Source of the DNA: Penicillus capitatus
Lineage: Eukaryota; Plantae; Chlorophyta
Direction of reading: 5' to 3'
NCBI GenBank assembly: GCA_965649825.1
Contig: OZ287698.1
Coordinates: 139,949 to 203,948, forward strand
Length of the DNA stretch: 64,000 nucleotides
Positions 45,052-57,737 of the stretch are shown piece after piece. The translations under genes and the position numbers were made by a program. The first letter of the stretch is position 1. Each line of letters opens with the position of its first letter. A model generated the notes under the pieces. It was not told the origin of the DNA and ran no database searches. It saw nothing but the letters and a program-made list of their open reading frames with translations.

Positions 45052-47796
45052 CTACCGAGCAGCACTCTTTCTCTTAAGTACACGTTGCCTGTTCGTCTTC
45101 TTTCGTTTCTCTCTCGGCTACAGACACGAGAGCGTGATGATCATCTGATGGAGATGTGGAAGGTGATGGGCACCATGTTTTTCCATTTCTGTTGCGCTTT
45201 CATGCGCCGCTGTTTCTTGATCTGTTCAGGACGAGGCAGCTCATCGCCTTTAGTCTTCTCATCTCGCTCTATCGTCATCTTGTACCGCTTCCCGACATCA
45301 TCCAATGCACCTACACCTCTGGATCAGCTAAGAGGGATGGGTCGATCGAGGCTAAAAGAGACGTGCGGCACGTCGTGTCAGTTTTGCATCTTCCTGCGCT
45401 CCGTTTGCCTGGATCTTTGTTTTTTGGTGGCGCATCCATGTGTCATAGAATTTTCCTGTTTCTTGCTTTCCTGCTCGGATCTTGACACCGCTCTCCGTTT
45501 TGACTCTTTTCCCATTCCTGAGCTTCTCTCCGTGCGGTAAACAGATGTAGCGTTTGCTGCGACGATCCCAATGAAACTGCCGCTTCTGCTGCATCAAACC
45601 CTCCTCATCTTCGCCGAGAAGGTCCATCACACTACGGTCCATTTTTGAACCGACAGAAAAGCCAGACTCTCGATGGCGGTCCCCTCTCTCGTAAGGAATA
45701 TAGAAATCCTTGTCCCGAAACGCCCCCAACGTCAGTTCTGCACCTTTGACTGATACCACAGGCGTCTAACCAGCCACACAGCTCGTTGAGCCTGATCACA
45801 TGCATCACCCATACCTCTTTCGACGCAGTAGGTGCGTATGGCCGACTCCCCGATGTCTTGTTGTGCGTGACCTGAGCTTCGAAGACGGAGAGAGCAGGTC
45901 GAAAGGTTTTGAGTTGCTGGGTGAAGCTCCATCCCTGCCGCCACACCTCGCACTTAGTCCATCCATATCATACATTGGCTGCCACCTATCTATCTTCTTA
46001 CCTTCAGCACAGCATCAGCATCCGTTGTGCAGAAGAGTGGATGGATGGTTTCCTCTGGAAGCTGCTTTGCTCGATGCACAGAGGCATTCGATGCCGGCGG
46101 CCTTGTCTTGAGATACAGCCGAAAGCCATTCTCCACGGATTTGATGAGACCCTTTAGCTCCTCTGAGTCGTGGACCCGTCTCTGAACAACGTCCGAAAGC
46201 AACGAAATCTCGTGGACAGGCAAATGGCCAAACACTGACAGCCCGTCTTCGTCACTCTTGCAGGACGGATCTCCCGCTGCGTGGATGGGTCTGGAAAGGA
46301 ACAGGTGGAGATCCAGTAGGTATGGAAGATCGCTGAGTGTCAGGAAAGAGTAAGCTGTTCCTGTTCTTCCTGCTCGAGCTGTTCGGCCAGAACGATGGAC
46401 GAAGAGTTTCGGGAGTGGAGGGAAATCGAAGTGAATCACATTGTCGATCATCGGCAGATCGACGCCGCGGGCGGCAACGTCTGTCACGAAGAGCACCGAT
46501 ACCACTCCATTCCTGAACTTTGCGACTTGGATCTTCCTCGCCGACTAAAGGCATTGTGTGATGCAATGTGCAAAAAGAGTGAGAGATTTTGCACTTGATC
46601 CATGGCTCCATAAACGAAAGCACTTTCGATGGCATCGGTTTGTAGAAGGCGATGCAGAAAGGCAACGTGGTGCTTCGTCGAGCAAAAGACAATGGTGGCT
46701 TGGTTCTCAGGGATCACCCTCTTCAGTAGATAGATCAGTGCCGCAGCCTTATCCTCGTGCCTAACGTCACATCATCATTTCTCGGCAGACTGCGGATAGC
46801 TGCCCCTCACCGAACAGTAAAGAAATGCAGTGTGAGTTCGGGAGGGATGATGGATTCTGTGTCTAACCGTATCACCTCTGGGTCATGCAGTCCAGATTTC
46901 GCAAACTCTGCCAACAGTCGAGGCATCGTGGCCGAAAAGAGAAGCGTCTGGCGATCCGATGGCAAGGATTGCGTGATCCGTATGATCTGATCCGCAAATC
47001 CCATTTCAAACAGCCGATCTGCTTCGTCGAAGACGACCATCTCAACGGACTGCAGCGAGAAATCTTGGACTTCGTTGAGCACATGGACCAAGCGGCCTGG
47101 TCAGGAGATCCGTCGAATGGGATGGATGGATATCGAGTGATCGGTATGACCTGGAGTGGCAAGGACGATGTCGGGATTGGCAGCGATTTGCATAAACTGC
47201 TCTGCAAGTGCATCGCCGCCCACCACCACAGCCACTCTCAACTCCATCCCTTTGGCCAATTTCGTCACCACGGCATACGTTTGCAGCGCCAGTTCTCTCG
47301 AAGGCGCAATCATTAAGCTCCGTGCACCCACCGTTGTACTGTGTCCCTTCAATCTAACAGCAGAGACATGCCAAATGTGTTCGGCGTTCTTGCTAGAGTC
47401 TCTTACTTTTGCAAAATGGGTATGACAAAGGCAGCCGTTTTACCGGATCCCGTTCTGGCCATGCCGACCACATCGAGTCCTTGTAAGATCAGAGGGATCG
47501 TTTTGCGCTGTATGGGTGTCGGCAGCTTGAACTTGCAAACAGAGGTGATGTTGCGGTAGAGCCGCGATTCCAATCCCATAGCGCCTATCGATGCAAAACA
47601 CCATCCGCTAGCGATGATCGATTTCGATCCATGGCTTGCCGAAGGTTCCCGGCCGACTGCGCTTCTGAACCTCGCGGTCGCGTCTCTTTCGCCGACCGCC
47701 GCCTTTCGCGACGGGATCCGTATCCCCCCAGCCGAAATCGACCGTCGTTGTGCTGCATTCCGTCGGAAAAGACGCGTCGCCCGAATCGATTTCCAT
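45052..47796 (-). CDS. DDX54: DEAD-box RNA helicase DDX54/Dbp10, multi-exon
   Basis: [41 protein letters not shown] and the Dbp10-type [10 protein letters not shown]-terminus. Confidence 0.92.
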
Positions 47797-48114
47797 GATG
47801 CCGAGCCGACAAAGCGATGGGATCGATCGATGTCCATTCACATCGATTTATCTCACCCATCGTGTCCATCCAGAATGTCAAGGCCGAACGAACGCACCAA
47901 CATTCGTGTAACGCATATCCGACATCAAGAACGCTGATCGCTTCCGTCTGCAGGGCAGTATCGTCTAATGGGGCAATGGGCAGCGTCGTGAACACGTTTC
48001 AGTTCTTTAAGTCTGTCGCTTTCTCACAGAATGTATGTTTGTTCGCCATGTACTCAATACACGAGGGAGGGCGCGATCGAGTGAGCCAGCCCCTTCGTCA
48101 AGCGAGCTCTCGTT

Positions 48115-49650
48115 TTAGAAATCGTCATCGCCGCTCCAGATGGCGTCATCGTCGTCAAGGGGATCCTCGAAATGACTCAGATCCACTTGGTATCTGAGAA
48201 TACCACCGATGCCACCGAATCCTCGACAGAATTGGGATCCCTCCTGTGACTTGTTCGTGACGAACTCGAGGATGCACCCAAACTGTTTGTAATTATTGGC
48301 CAGCCATTCCAGCAATGCCATTTTCTCTTGTGCCTCTAACTCGGCTCCGCTCTCTTTGTCATGAAAATGTGTGGCGTCCTTCTCCTGCTCCGGCGTGAGA
48401 TTCTTGATCTCGGTCTCGTTGTTCGACGTATTGAGCAGAATGAAGCGATTCACATCCAGACTCTCCCAGACGATCAGTGTCTCTACCGCACCCATCTCTA
48501 AACACTGTAACGTGTCTGCCACGCCGAACACAAAGCGTCCGGTGTCCTGGCTGATCTCATCGAAGAATTTGCTGATGAGCCGCTTCTCTTGGACGAATTT
48601 GACATTGGCCAAGATATCTGCCGATTTCTCAATCGCCTGATTGAATCCGTTCTCGCCGCCGTAGGAGACATCGACGGCGGTCAGGACAACGGATTTGAGT
48701 CGCGGATCGAACATGTCGGACTGACTGAGTTCCGTTTTGAAGTCGGCGGATCCGGCCAGAATCAATCCAGATATATTGGGTTTGTCGTTGGCAATGAAGA
48801 AATTCACTGCCAGCTCTGCCACCTTGCGCACGTAGTTGTGGCGCTTCTCCATTCGTAATCGCGCAAAACGCAGCGCCGATTGACCTCCTCGTCCATGCTT
48901 CTTGGGCAAATCGACGGTAAAGCGGTGAACGATGTCACGGGTGTTACCGGTCAACGTGCCAAACAGCGTTCCGTTTCCATCCATCACGATGAAACCATAC
49001 CTACATCCATCACACGGTCACTCCTTTTCTCACTCTTTTGACACAAGGCAGGACTTGTTGTCCGATTCCAGCAGCTCATTGAGTGCCTGCGTGTGAAATT
49101 TGTTGTCGCAGAGGTAAAGCGACGTATTGATCGGTTTGAAGGGCTCGAAATCGATATTCACTTTCTTCTCTTTCCCTTCCTCCGTCACAACGGTCCCCGT
49201 GTAGACGACCAGTCCATTGGGAGGCACCTGTCCCACGTGTCTTCTACGCAGAAGTAATCACGCCGGGCAATAATCCTACCTTGTTGTAGAGTTTGAGTCG
49301 TTGCTGTCCAGAAGTGATCGCACTGAGTACAGAAAGGCGATTCACACGGTTCTTGATGTTGGATGCCGCTCCAAATTCATCACCCAGCATCTTCTGCACA
49401 CGTGCAATCTGACAACGACCCGAGCCCCATGACTTGGAAGGTGTGAGCGAAATGTGAGTAGAGACCTGATCTTTGGGTGGCATGATGAGACTAATCATGC
49501 TTGTTCCATTTCCTCGTGCCTCTTCCAAGGCTTTGATTAACTATGGCGCCATTGCCAAGGCGGCGGGCATCGCAGAAGTCGACTTACGCGTTTGATTTTC
49601 CATATCTCGATATTTCGATCCGTTTCATTTTGCGCAAGTCGGTCGCCCAT
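48115..49650 (-). CDS. eRF1: Eukaryotic release factor 1, multi-exon
   Basis: [46 protein letters not shown]. Confidence 0.97.
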
Positions 49651-49841
49651 GCTCACTCAAGCCACGAGGATATCGAGCAGCAGGCCAACGCACGTGTATT
49701 CGACGCGAACGGGAGCAGAGATACGGTCCCATACAACCGACCGTATACAATAACAACATTTAGACCGTATACGCTGATCGTATGCAAATCACACTTATTC
49801 TATGGCCGATCGACGACTCTTGTACACACCCCAGTTCCGCC

Positions 49842-50349
49842 TTATAGCGATTTCACATAAGGCGCCTTGTCTTCCTCTGAAAACTTGAAGTGACGGAAAG
49901 GAAATGACGACCGTCTCCATTTGACACAGATGGACGGATTCATTGGCGCTTCTTCGGGTGGAAGATTCGCTTTGGCTCGCGCCTCGGATTCCATGCGTTC
50001 AATCATGACCAATGCCTCTCGGTTTGTTCGTTCGCGTTTCGCCTCTTCCTCCACGCGTCGCTTTCTGGCCTTATCCCGCGCTTTATTCTTGCGTCTCAGT
50101 CCACCCTCCAGTGCTGCTTCGGCATCTAAGCAGACAACATTCACGACTGCAGACTTGTCCGTTATTTGCCAAAGACATCGTCTTGCCTCGCTGAGCTCTG
50201 ACCCGAGCGCATTCCTCTTCCAGAGAGTAGGCCGTGGCGGTGTACGTCTCTAGCGATGACGTCGCATCCAGGTGCGTTTCTTCGACGTCGGGAAGGAGAG
50301 AACGTAATTGTTCGTAACTACGCGGAGGAGTTGAGACGAGAGATTTCAT
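49842..50349 (-). CDS. Small charged coiled-coil protein of unknown function (probably two exons)
   Basis: Protein-like frames MKSLVSTPP... and ...RKRRVEEEAKRER...; no recognised motif. Confidence 0.4.
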
Positions 50350-50422
50350 GAGAAGATACGGATATAAATACGACAGCAAATTGCTGCCCGTGCGTCTCGC
50401 TTCGACTCCTACGCCGACCGCC

Positions 50423-51539
50423 ATGCGGCGCTTCGGGCTTCTCTCTGCGCCAAACGCGCCTCGCATTCTTCCTTTTCGACCATCAAGAGCGTATGTTTGT
50501 GCAGTGTCCAGCCATTCCTTTGAATGGAGATATGAAGGGCAGCGCTATGATGTGCCCTATGATGTGGTCGGCAAAGACAAAATCGATGTCCTCTGTCTTC
50601 CATCCATGAATCTGGCATCCACTCGAAGAGAACTGCGTCCTCTGATGCAGAAACTGGCGCCATCTGTCACGTCCGTCGTCTGTGATTGGCCAGGATTTGG
50701 CGATGCCTCTCGCCTTAACGCATCTTACGATCCTGAACTCCTCCTCACCTTTGTCACCGATTTTGCAAAAGAGATCGTGAAGAAAGAGAAAATGCCTGTC
50801 GTGGCATCCGGTCACGCCTCTGGCTATGTGCTCAAGCTGGCGCAGGAGCATCCCACACTCTTCTCGCAGATTTTTCTGTCGGCGCCAACCTATCGAGTTC
50901 GCTTCGTGTACATCGTTACGCGCTAGTGATGTGACGTCTTGTGGTTTAGTCTCCTGCCAAAGCGATGGGAATGTATTCCATCGCAGGGTATCTGATAAGA
51001 AGCGCTTTCAAGATGCCTCTGCTGGGTGACTTGTTTTACGGACGGGTGATTGAGCCTGCCTTCATCAAGAAGCAGTACGAGAAGCATGTCTTCGTCAAAC
51101 CGGACATCCTCACAGACGCCTTTATTCAAGAGAGATGCGATATCATTAACAAGCCTGGCGGGCAATACGCTCCGTCGCATTTCTTCACTGGACTGTTAGA
51201 CGTCGTCCAGACACGAGAAGTGCCACCCATATCCCTCCCTGCCTGCATTCTGTGGATATTCTTGTGGTCAGGAGTTTATTGGTATGGCAAAGTCGGTGGG
51301 GTGTCCCCTGAAAGTTGTCTACGGAACAGGATCGCCGACCAGTTCCTTGGCAGAAATGGAGGTGCGTTGCGGGCGGTGTGTGATTCTGTTGAGTGATGTT
51401 GGGTGATGGACAGGCATTGGAGAGCAATGGTATCGATGCTGTTCGATTACCCGGTTCGTTAGGACTGTCGGAAGAATTCCCAGAAGAAGTTGCTCAGATT
51501 CTCCTGCCCTTTTTGAAAAGCACTCCGGCACTGAACTGA
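50423..51539 (+). CDS. Alpha/beta-hydrolase family protein, probably plastid-targeted, multi-exon
   Basis: DWPGFG, ASGHASGY, LSAPTYR motifs with an N-terminal transit-like segment. Confidence 0.8.
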
Positions 51540-51551
51540 TCTCGCCACTCC

Positions 51552-51941
51552 CTCAAAGAAACGATTTTAAAGCCGCTACCATATCTCCCTTGCACTCACG
51601 CAATCGCCTCTCGGCCACTTTCTCATCGACCTGAATGCATGAACATGGATTGAGAATGGAGACAAAGTCGATGCGACGGTCGGCACTTCGAGTTCCTTGA
51701 CGATGACGGAGACGTCGCTGCGCTTGATGCGAACGCTCGCCAGTTCGCGTTCTTTTGCTCTTTGTGCTTCCTTCTCTGCCTTGCGTGCTGCCGTCATCTC
51801 ACTGACGGCCTTTGCCGTTTTGCCTTCATCCAAAAGCTTGTCTGGCGCGACATCTGTCACTTTATCCAACGCCTTTGCCTGTTCCACGCCTTCACGGTCG
51901 CTACGCACAGGTGTGGAGCTCGTGGCTGTCTCCTCTGACAT
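51552..51941 (-). CDS. HYPK: Huntingtin-interacting protein K-like
   Basis: ALDKVTD, ELASVRI...DVSVIVKELEV, AERRLRECKGDMVAAL (UBA-like end). Confidence 0.85.
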
Positions 51942-52054
51942 TTTCAACAGGCGACAGCAGAGAAGCACGTCACATCAATGTATACGAAATGACGTGCAGT
52001 TGTAAGCGGAAGTTATAGAACAGGACATAGATACGGCGCTGTCGATGGTCGGGC

Positions 52055-52248
52055 ATACCTTTCTCGGCCTTTTGGCTAAGATCAAGTGTAGTATCTGTTC
52101 TTATCAGTTTAATAGCTGATACGGAGTCCATCGGTCTCCTCGCTATTATACTAATTTTTCTGGGGGCGAGCTCACCCGACTACGCTTGCGTGTCCGAGTT
52201 TCGCAGCATGGTCTCGGCCCTGCACGACTGCCTTGACCGTGCACCCAC
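52055..52248 (+). ncRNA. U2: U2 spliceosomal snRNA
   Basis: ATACCTTTCTCGGCCTTTTGGCTAAGATCAAGTGTAGTATCTGTTC 5' end, stem IIa, U-rich Sm site, 3' stem-loops. Confidence 0.97.
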
Positions 52249-52333
52249 CCTGTCATCCATCAAAAGACAAGCGGAAGTTCTCTCCGTCCCATCGCTGCAT
52301 AGCCTCCGCCACGTCACGTCATTCACCAAACGA

Positions 52334-53142
52334 ATGGCAAAGCACATTGAACGTGCGGGCGTCCTGCGCCGACTATGGACAGCATACTGCCACCAGCTTG
52401 TCGAACGACCGATCCTGACACGGGCCTGCACTTCGGCAACGGGTCTATCTACCTCACAGCGCACTTCGATCCAACGCCGTCGCGTAGGAATGGCGTTGGG
52501 CGATGCCGTTGCCCAAGTCCTCACCGTCCCGGGGCCTTTTGAACTGCAACGAACGATGACATTTGGGTGTTTTGGGTTTTTCTTCCACGGACCGGCACTC
52601 TACTACTTCTACCGTGCACTTGATCAGGTTACCCTCCACAACTCCCCTTACACCCTCCTTCATAACTGCTGTTTAGAATGTCTTCCCTCTGCAACCGAAA
52701 CAGTGAGATGGCAGTGTGGTGTGACCCCAGCCTGCCGTCTTTTCATTTAGTGTCCGTACCATTGCCGTCAAAACGGGCATCGATCAGTTCTTCTGGTCGC
52801 CCATCTTTCTCATTCTCTTCTTCGGATATATGGAAGCGCTGAATGGACAACTGCAAGAGCTACCGAAGACACTCGACGAGAAATTCCTCGTCACTTACTG
52901 TATGTCACACTTCTGCCATATCACTCTTTCTCAAACGCTCCTACTCAGTGACGGGTCTGATGATATGGATCCCAGCCAATCTCGTCAACTTTGCCGTCAT
53001 CCCAATCCACCTCCGCCTTCTCTACATCAACACCATAGCGGTGCGTTCTCTTCCCTAACATCCAGTCATGCACTCTTCTTGTGGACAGGTCGGTTGGATG
53101 ACTATTCTCTCCGTTATTCAATCTCAATCGCCGTCTAAATGA
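52334..53142 (+). CDS. Mpv17/PMP22 family membrane protein, multi-exon
   Basis: RPILTRACTS, GDAVAQ, KTGIDQFFWSP, WIPANLVNFAVIPIHLRLLYIN. Confidence 0.88.
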
Positions 53143-53170
53143 CGTGCGTTATCCCTTCTGATTGTGTTGA

Positions 53171-56114
53171 ATGCAAAACATCGGACGGGCGGGTACCTTC
53201 AGTCCTGACACTACGACCACCACGTTCGTGACACTTTTGGAGATTCTTGATGACGCGGCCAGTCATTGTACCTTCGTGTGTCGTTGTCGATCGGGTGACG
53301 CCGATGCGCACGCAGAGTGTTGGAACGCATCGCGGGATCGGTCTGGGCCCACCTCTCATGGTGACCTCGACGAGACGTGCCATTTCGGGACGATGCCATC
53401 TGTGCAGCGCCCTTCCTCGACCTCGCCTTCGCAACACAGTCGTCGGCAGAAACGCCAGACGCAAAGAGAGTGTCGTCCGTGTTGCGGCTGAGGCCCTCTC
53501 CACCCATACCCACGACATCTGCGTCGATTTCTACTCCATCTTCCGAGCACGTCGCGTCAACTCAAGCGAGGTATTCCCTCCTCGTCGTCAATGGATGCCT
53601 AGCCGCCGTCGTTGGTAGTTACTGAAGAGAAGCTATGAGAATCTCTTGCGCCAGATTCCCGATGCTGGTTATTCCAAAGACACCCTGAATGCCAGAAAAG
53701 TGCTCCTCCAACGTGCAGCCGAGACCATGCTGGATTCGGACAAGAGACGTGCCTACGATCAAGTTCTTTGACAGGAACTGACAGAATCTCATTTCTCGAG
53801 ACCTCTCGTCTAGATCTTGGCAAACAATGAGACGCCGACGATGGAAGTCGAGCCACGTTACTTCGCAGGCGCCATGGTTCTGCTGCACGAAGCAGGAGAG
53901 GTCACACAGGTGCGGTCCGGTAGGGGAGAAAAGGCTGTTGGGTGGATGCTCAGCATCAGGTGGTGGAACTGGGCACGTGTTGGCTCAATGCCAATCCCAA
54001 CTCCGGTCTGTGTCGCGACGTGGCCCTGTCTGTGGCCAAAGCGTACTGCGACTTGGCAAGCATTACGTTATCCAGCGGAGAAGGTGTGGCCTTCTGTTGT
54101 GAAGAGTTAGAAGCGGCGTTGGATCTGTTGAGAGCGTGCGATGTGGCCCCTCAGTTGCAGAAGGACATCTCCGGAGCGTTGAATGAACTGGGGCCGCAGT
54201 ATATCTTGGAGCAGCTGGCTCTGCCAGACGAGCCGGAATTTGCTGAGAGACGGGAAAGAGGAATGGCCCAGTTGAAGACGCTTCTGTGGACGGTGGACGA
54301 AGAGGGCACCCTGTCTCCTGAGTTACCCGATCGAGCTGGGTTCCTAGGAAAGGCTCGCGAGAATCTCACGGCTGCGCAACAAGTCTCACACATTTTGATG
54401 TGACAGGGATGGACGCGTCGTGGTTATGTAGATCGAGTTATTTGAGAGCTGCCCGAAAGACGTCGAAGTGCCGCTCGATGAGATGTACGACAACGCCATG
54501 GCGTACATCGCAGAGGGATACCGTGCCAAATGGCCCCAGCTGATCATCAAAGTCCACTCGCTCGTGGACGCAGGCAACACATGACGTACTGCCTTTAGGC
54601 CGAGAAAGTTTTGCAGAGAGTGCAGTTGGGATCGCTGACGACTTTCAGTGGCGGATCCGACGTTTCCGTCGAAATGGGATTGTGTTCGCTGTTGTTGGGC
54701 GAGACCGAACGCGCGATGATGGATCTCGGATTGCGACCCGGTTCAAACAAGCCGCCGGACAAAGACGTCGTGGCCTTTGTGAAAGAGAACAGTCCATCAG
54801 AAGACGATCTCTTGCCTGGCCTCTGTGCTCTGGCCGAAGTGTGGCTCAAAGAAACGATTCTGCCAAACTACAAAGAGATCAACATGATGACCAGTTCTTT
54901 GGGCGAATGGTTTCAGTCGCCGCGCGTCTCTGTCTATCTCAAGGTGAGAAGAGGACGACGATCTTCTGCTTTTCAGAAGATTTCCGTCGCGTTTGACTCA
55001 GGTTTTGGAACAGGGGAAGGATTTGAATATCATCTCGGCAGTGAAGTTGAGCACCTCCGTCGCTCGAGGCATCTCTTCTGCCGTTTCTCGGACAGTCGAA
55101 GGACTGAAGAACGCTTTTCGGAGACCGCGATTCAGAGAAGCGTCCGATTCGGAGCACGTTGGGCGATTGAAGCTGCCAAGAGTCGATATCACACGATTGT
55201 CTCAGAGCGAAACAGCTGTGGAGACTTACGGCTCGGCAGAGCACATCTCCACGGCTAACGCACTGACCAGTCTCAAACTGAGTCCAATGGAAGAGACATT
55301 GGAGGCACGTCTTCTCGCGTACTTGTCAAGGAGTGCTCACTGGATGTGACTGAAGGTGGGCACAGCATTTGAGGACGAGCGCATCGAGGCGTCTCCGCCA
55401 CCGACGGACAGTTTTCTGGAAGATCTGCCTGGACACGAGGAGAAATGGTGGAAAGAAAAGAGGAAAGCGGATTTCGAAGACGCCGCATCCTCCGGCGGCG
55501 TTAAGCGTCATTGGACGGTACTCCTCCTCGGCTCCGGCGTTTTTCTGGCACTGGCCGCCGCCGTCAGCTTCTTTTCCAAAGAGAATCTGCGCACACCACA
55601 GAACCTTCGATCGAACATCACCTCCCTCGTCCATCGTACCAAAGTGCACCCCGCACGGCATTCTAAAGCCGAGAAGAAATGGCGTGTGGTCGCATTATAG
55701 GGTCTCTTTGAAGAAGTGCACGGCACGATCGATGTGCCTATGGCCGAGGAGCTCATTCGCCGTTGGCACGTTGTCAAGTCCGAAGCCCTGGGGAGTTCAT
55801 ACGACGTCGATCGACTGGCTGAGGTGTTAGAAGGCAACATGCTTCGACAGTGGAAGAAGAAAGCACAGTGCGGGCAGGCAGGTGGATGGCACTGGGAGTA
55901 CATGCTTCAGGACCTCACCGTCGATACGGTCTCGGTCAGTCGCGATGGTCGTAAGGCCACCATCGACGCCATCATCAGTGAAAAGGCAGAACTCGTCGAT
56001 TCTGGCAAGAAAGCAGATGCGTATTCCACCGTTTATACGGTGCAGTATGATTTGACGATGACGAAAAAGGGATGGAGAATATCGGCCACCAGAGTTTTCT
56101 ATGAATCTGCCTGA
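53171..56114 (+). CDS. ARC6: Plastid division protein ARC6/Ftn2, multi-exon
   Basis: J-like domain (DFY...RRAYD), GALVLL.E.GE-like segment, RDVALSVA, C-terminal AEELIRRW..VK.EALG...W.Y domain. Confidence 0.92.
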
Positions 56115-56208
56115 TGCTGCGTCGTCGTTGTGTTGTGACAGTAATCGATGGATGAACAACAAATAATAATTAAAGAAACCAACCACCCCGCTCAAAGAAG
56201 AAGGCGCA

Positions 56209-57419
56209 TCACGTTTTGGCGAGATTATAGGTGGCATAGAGAACAATGACCCAGAAGGCCACAGAAATACCTGCTTTCTGTAGAAAAGAGGCACCGGCGG
56301 CGACTTTCTCTCTGGCTGTTCGGAAGAAGGCAAAAACAACGCTGCCTGCCCATGCGCTGAACAGCAGACCTACTCCCAATTCTAACAGGAATTTGGTATT
56401 GTCATCCAGCTGTGCTCTATTCACATTCACTGAGAGATTTTCGCCAAAGTCAATGATATCCGTCAACAGTAGTCCGCCAGTCGTGGCCTGCAGGATAGAC
56501 AGGTGTGCGGGAGCGTGAGAGAGTAAGGAGGCGGACCACTGCCGCGACGAAAATGCCGACGAGGACTGGCGACATCTGAGACTGTCCATTTCCATCCTCT
56601 CCAGCAATTTGGATATCGCCTTCTTTCAGGAATTTCTGTAGTCCCATCTCGCCTCCTGCAAATCCTCCTTGCAGCGCTACAGTCCATAAGTGATCATCAG
56701 CGTTCTGTGAAGGAGGGAAACAGGTACGTACGGAACCAGCCCACATAGTCTCTCCCCTGCAGACACAGAAACGGCACGCGTCACACAGGAACTCGATATG
56801 CCACAACGCACTGGATACTTGGAGACGTCATCCACAACGAATCTGCCTTGCTTGCCCTCTCGCATGGCACTCAACTCTTCCGGAACTCTGATCGTACACA
56901 CACGCATGACTCCTTTGCTTATTTCAAAATTGCCCCTCGCTTGTAATCAAAGCCGACGTAGATTCTGTCATCCCCAGAACCGGGTTTGGTGGCCGGTCGA
57001 GTGTCGGGCACGTCATTTGCTGTTGTCGCTGGAAGTTCTCTCTCTTCAAGCGTGTCAACGAATTTCTGGAGGCCAGGTTCACCTCCAGCCCAGCCTCCTG
57101 TAGCACCTGCGGGGAAACGGCATCTTTGTGTGTGTTCAGGACTGAGTGATGACTTACCCTGCAAAAAACCTGCGTCCTCTTTTGAAGGATATTTCTTGGG
57201 ATCATCTCGAATCACTTTTCCACTTCCAACATAAACATCTTCTTCTCCTGACTGAGGCCGATCTCGATTCATGATATGTTTTGGAGTGATGTCGCCTGTG
57301 TGACGTACTTTGGTAATGATGTATCGCCTCGAGCTTCGTCGGGAATTGGAGAACCGAGACGGGCGCCGCAAGGTAAGGCGACGTAGGTTAGACGATGTAG
57401 CGATAAAGCAACTCCGCAT
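56209..57419 (-). CDS. Probable plastid membrane protein with duplicated DD..KYP...GG[WF]AGGE.GLQKF motif (start approximate)
   Basis: Arg/Ser-rich transit-like N-terminus, two motif copies, several hydrophobic C-terminal segments; family not recognised. Confidence 0.65.
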
Positions 57420-57737
57420 CTTACGATGCGGCGATGGGACGTACGACCGAAATGTGACGTCCCGTCCGATGTGTTCGAATGATATCGATTCTCTCCACGA
57501 CGTACAAGCAGAAGAATTAACGAGAGAAATGATTCTGCCAATGATTCGAGGATAAGATGTCGAGATGGGATGATGAAGGCAAGTAATGAAGATCATTACT
57601 GAACATCGTCCCGTGCTCAGCACGGTGGTAACATCACATCATGCGTATAAGTAAAAAGAGATTCGATTAGATTTGTAACTTCTGCGCACGAACTTTCTTT
57701 TAAGAACTTTACTGCGTCTTCTGAAGCAACGTTTAAC

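Noticed and set aside
52190-52333. N-terminal extension of the Mpv17 ORF overlapping U2
   Set aside because: No homology signal in the extension; it overlaps the U2 3' stem-loops.
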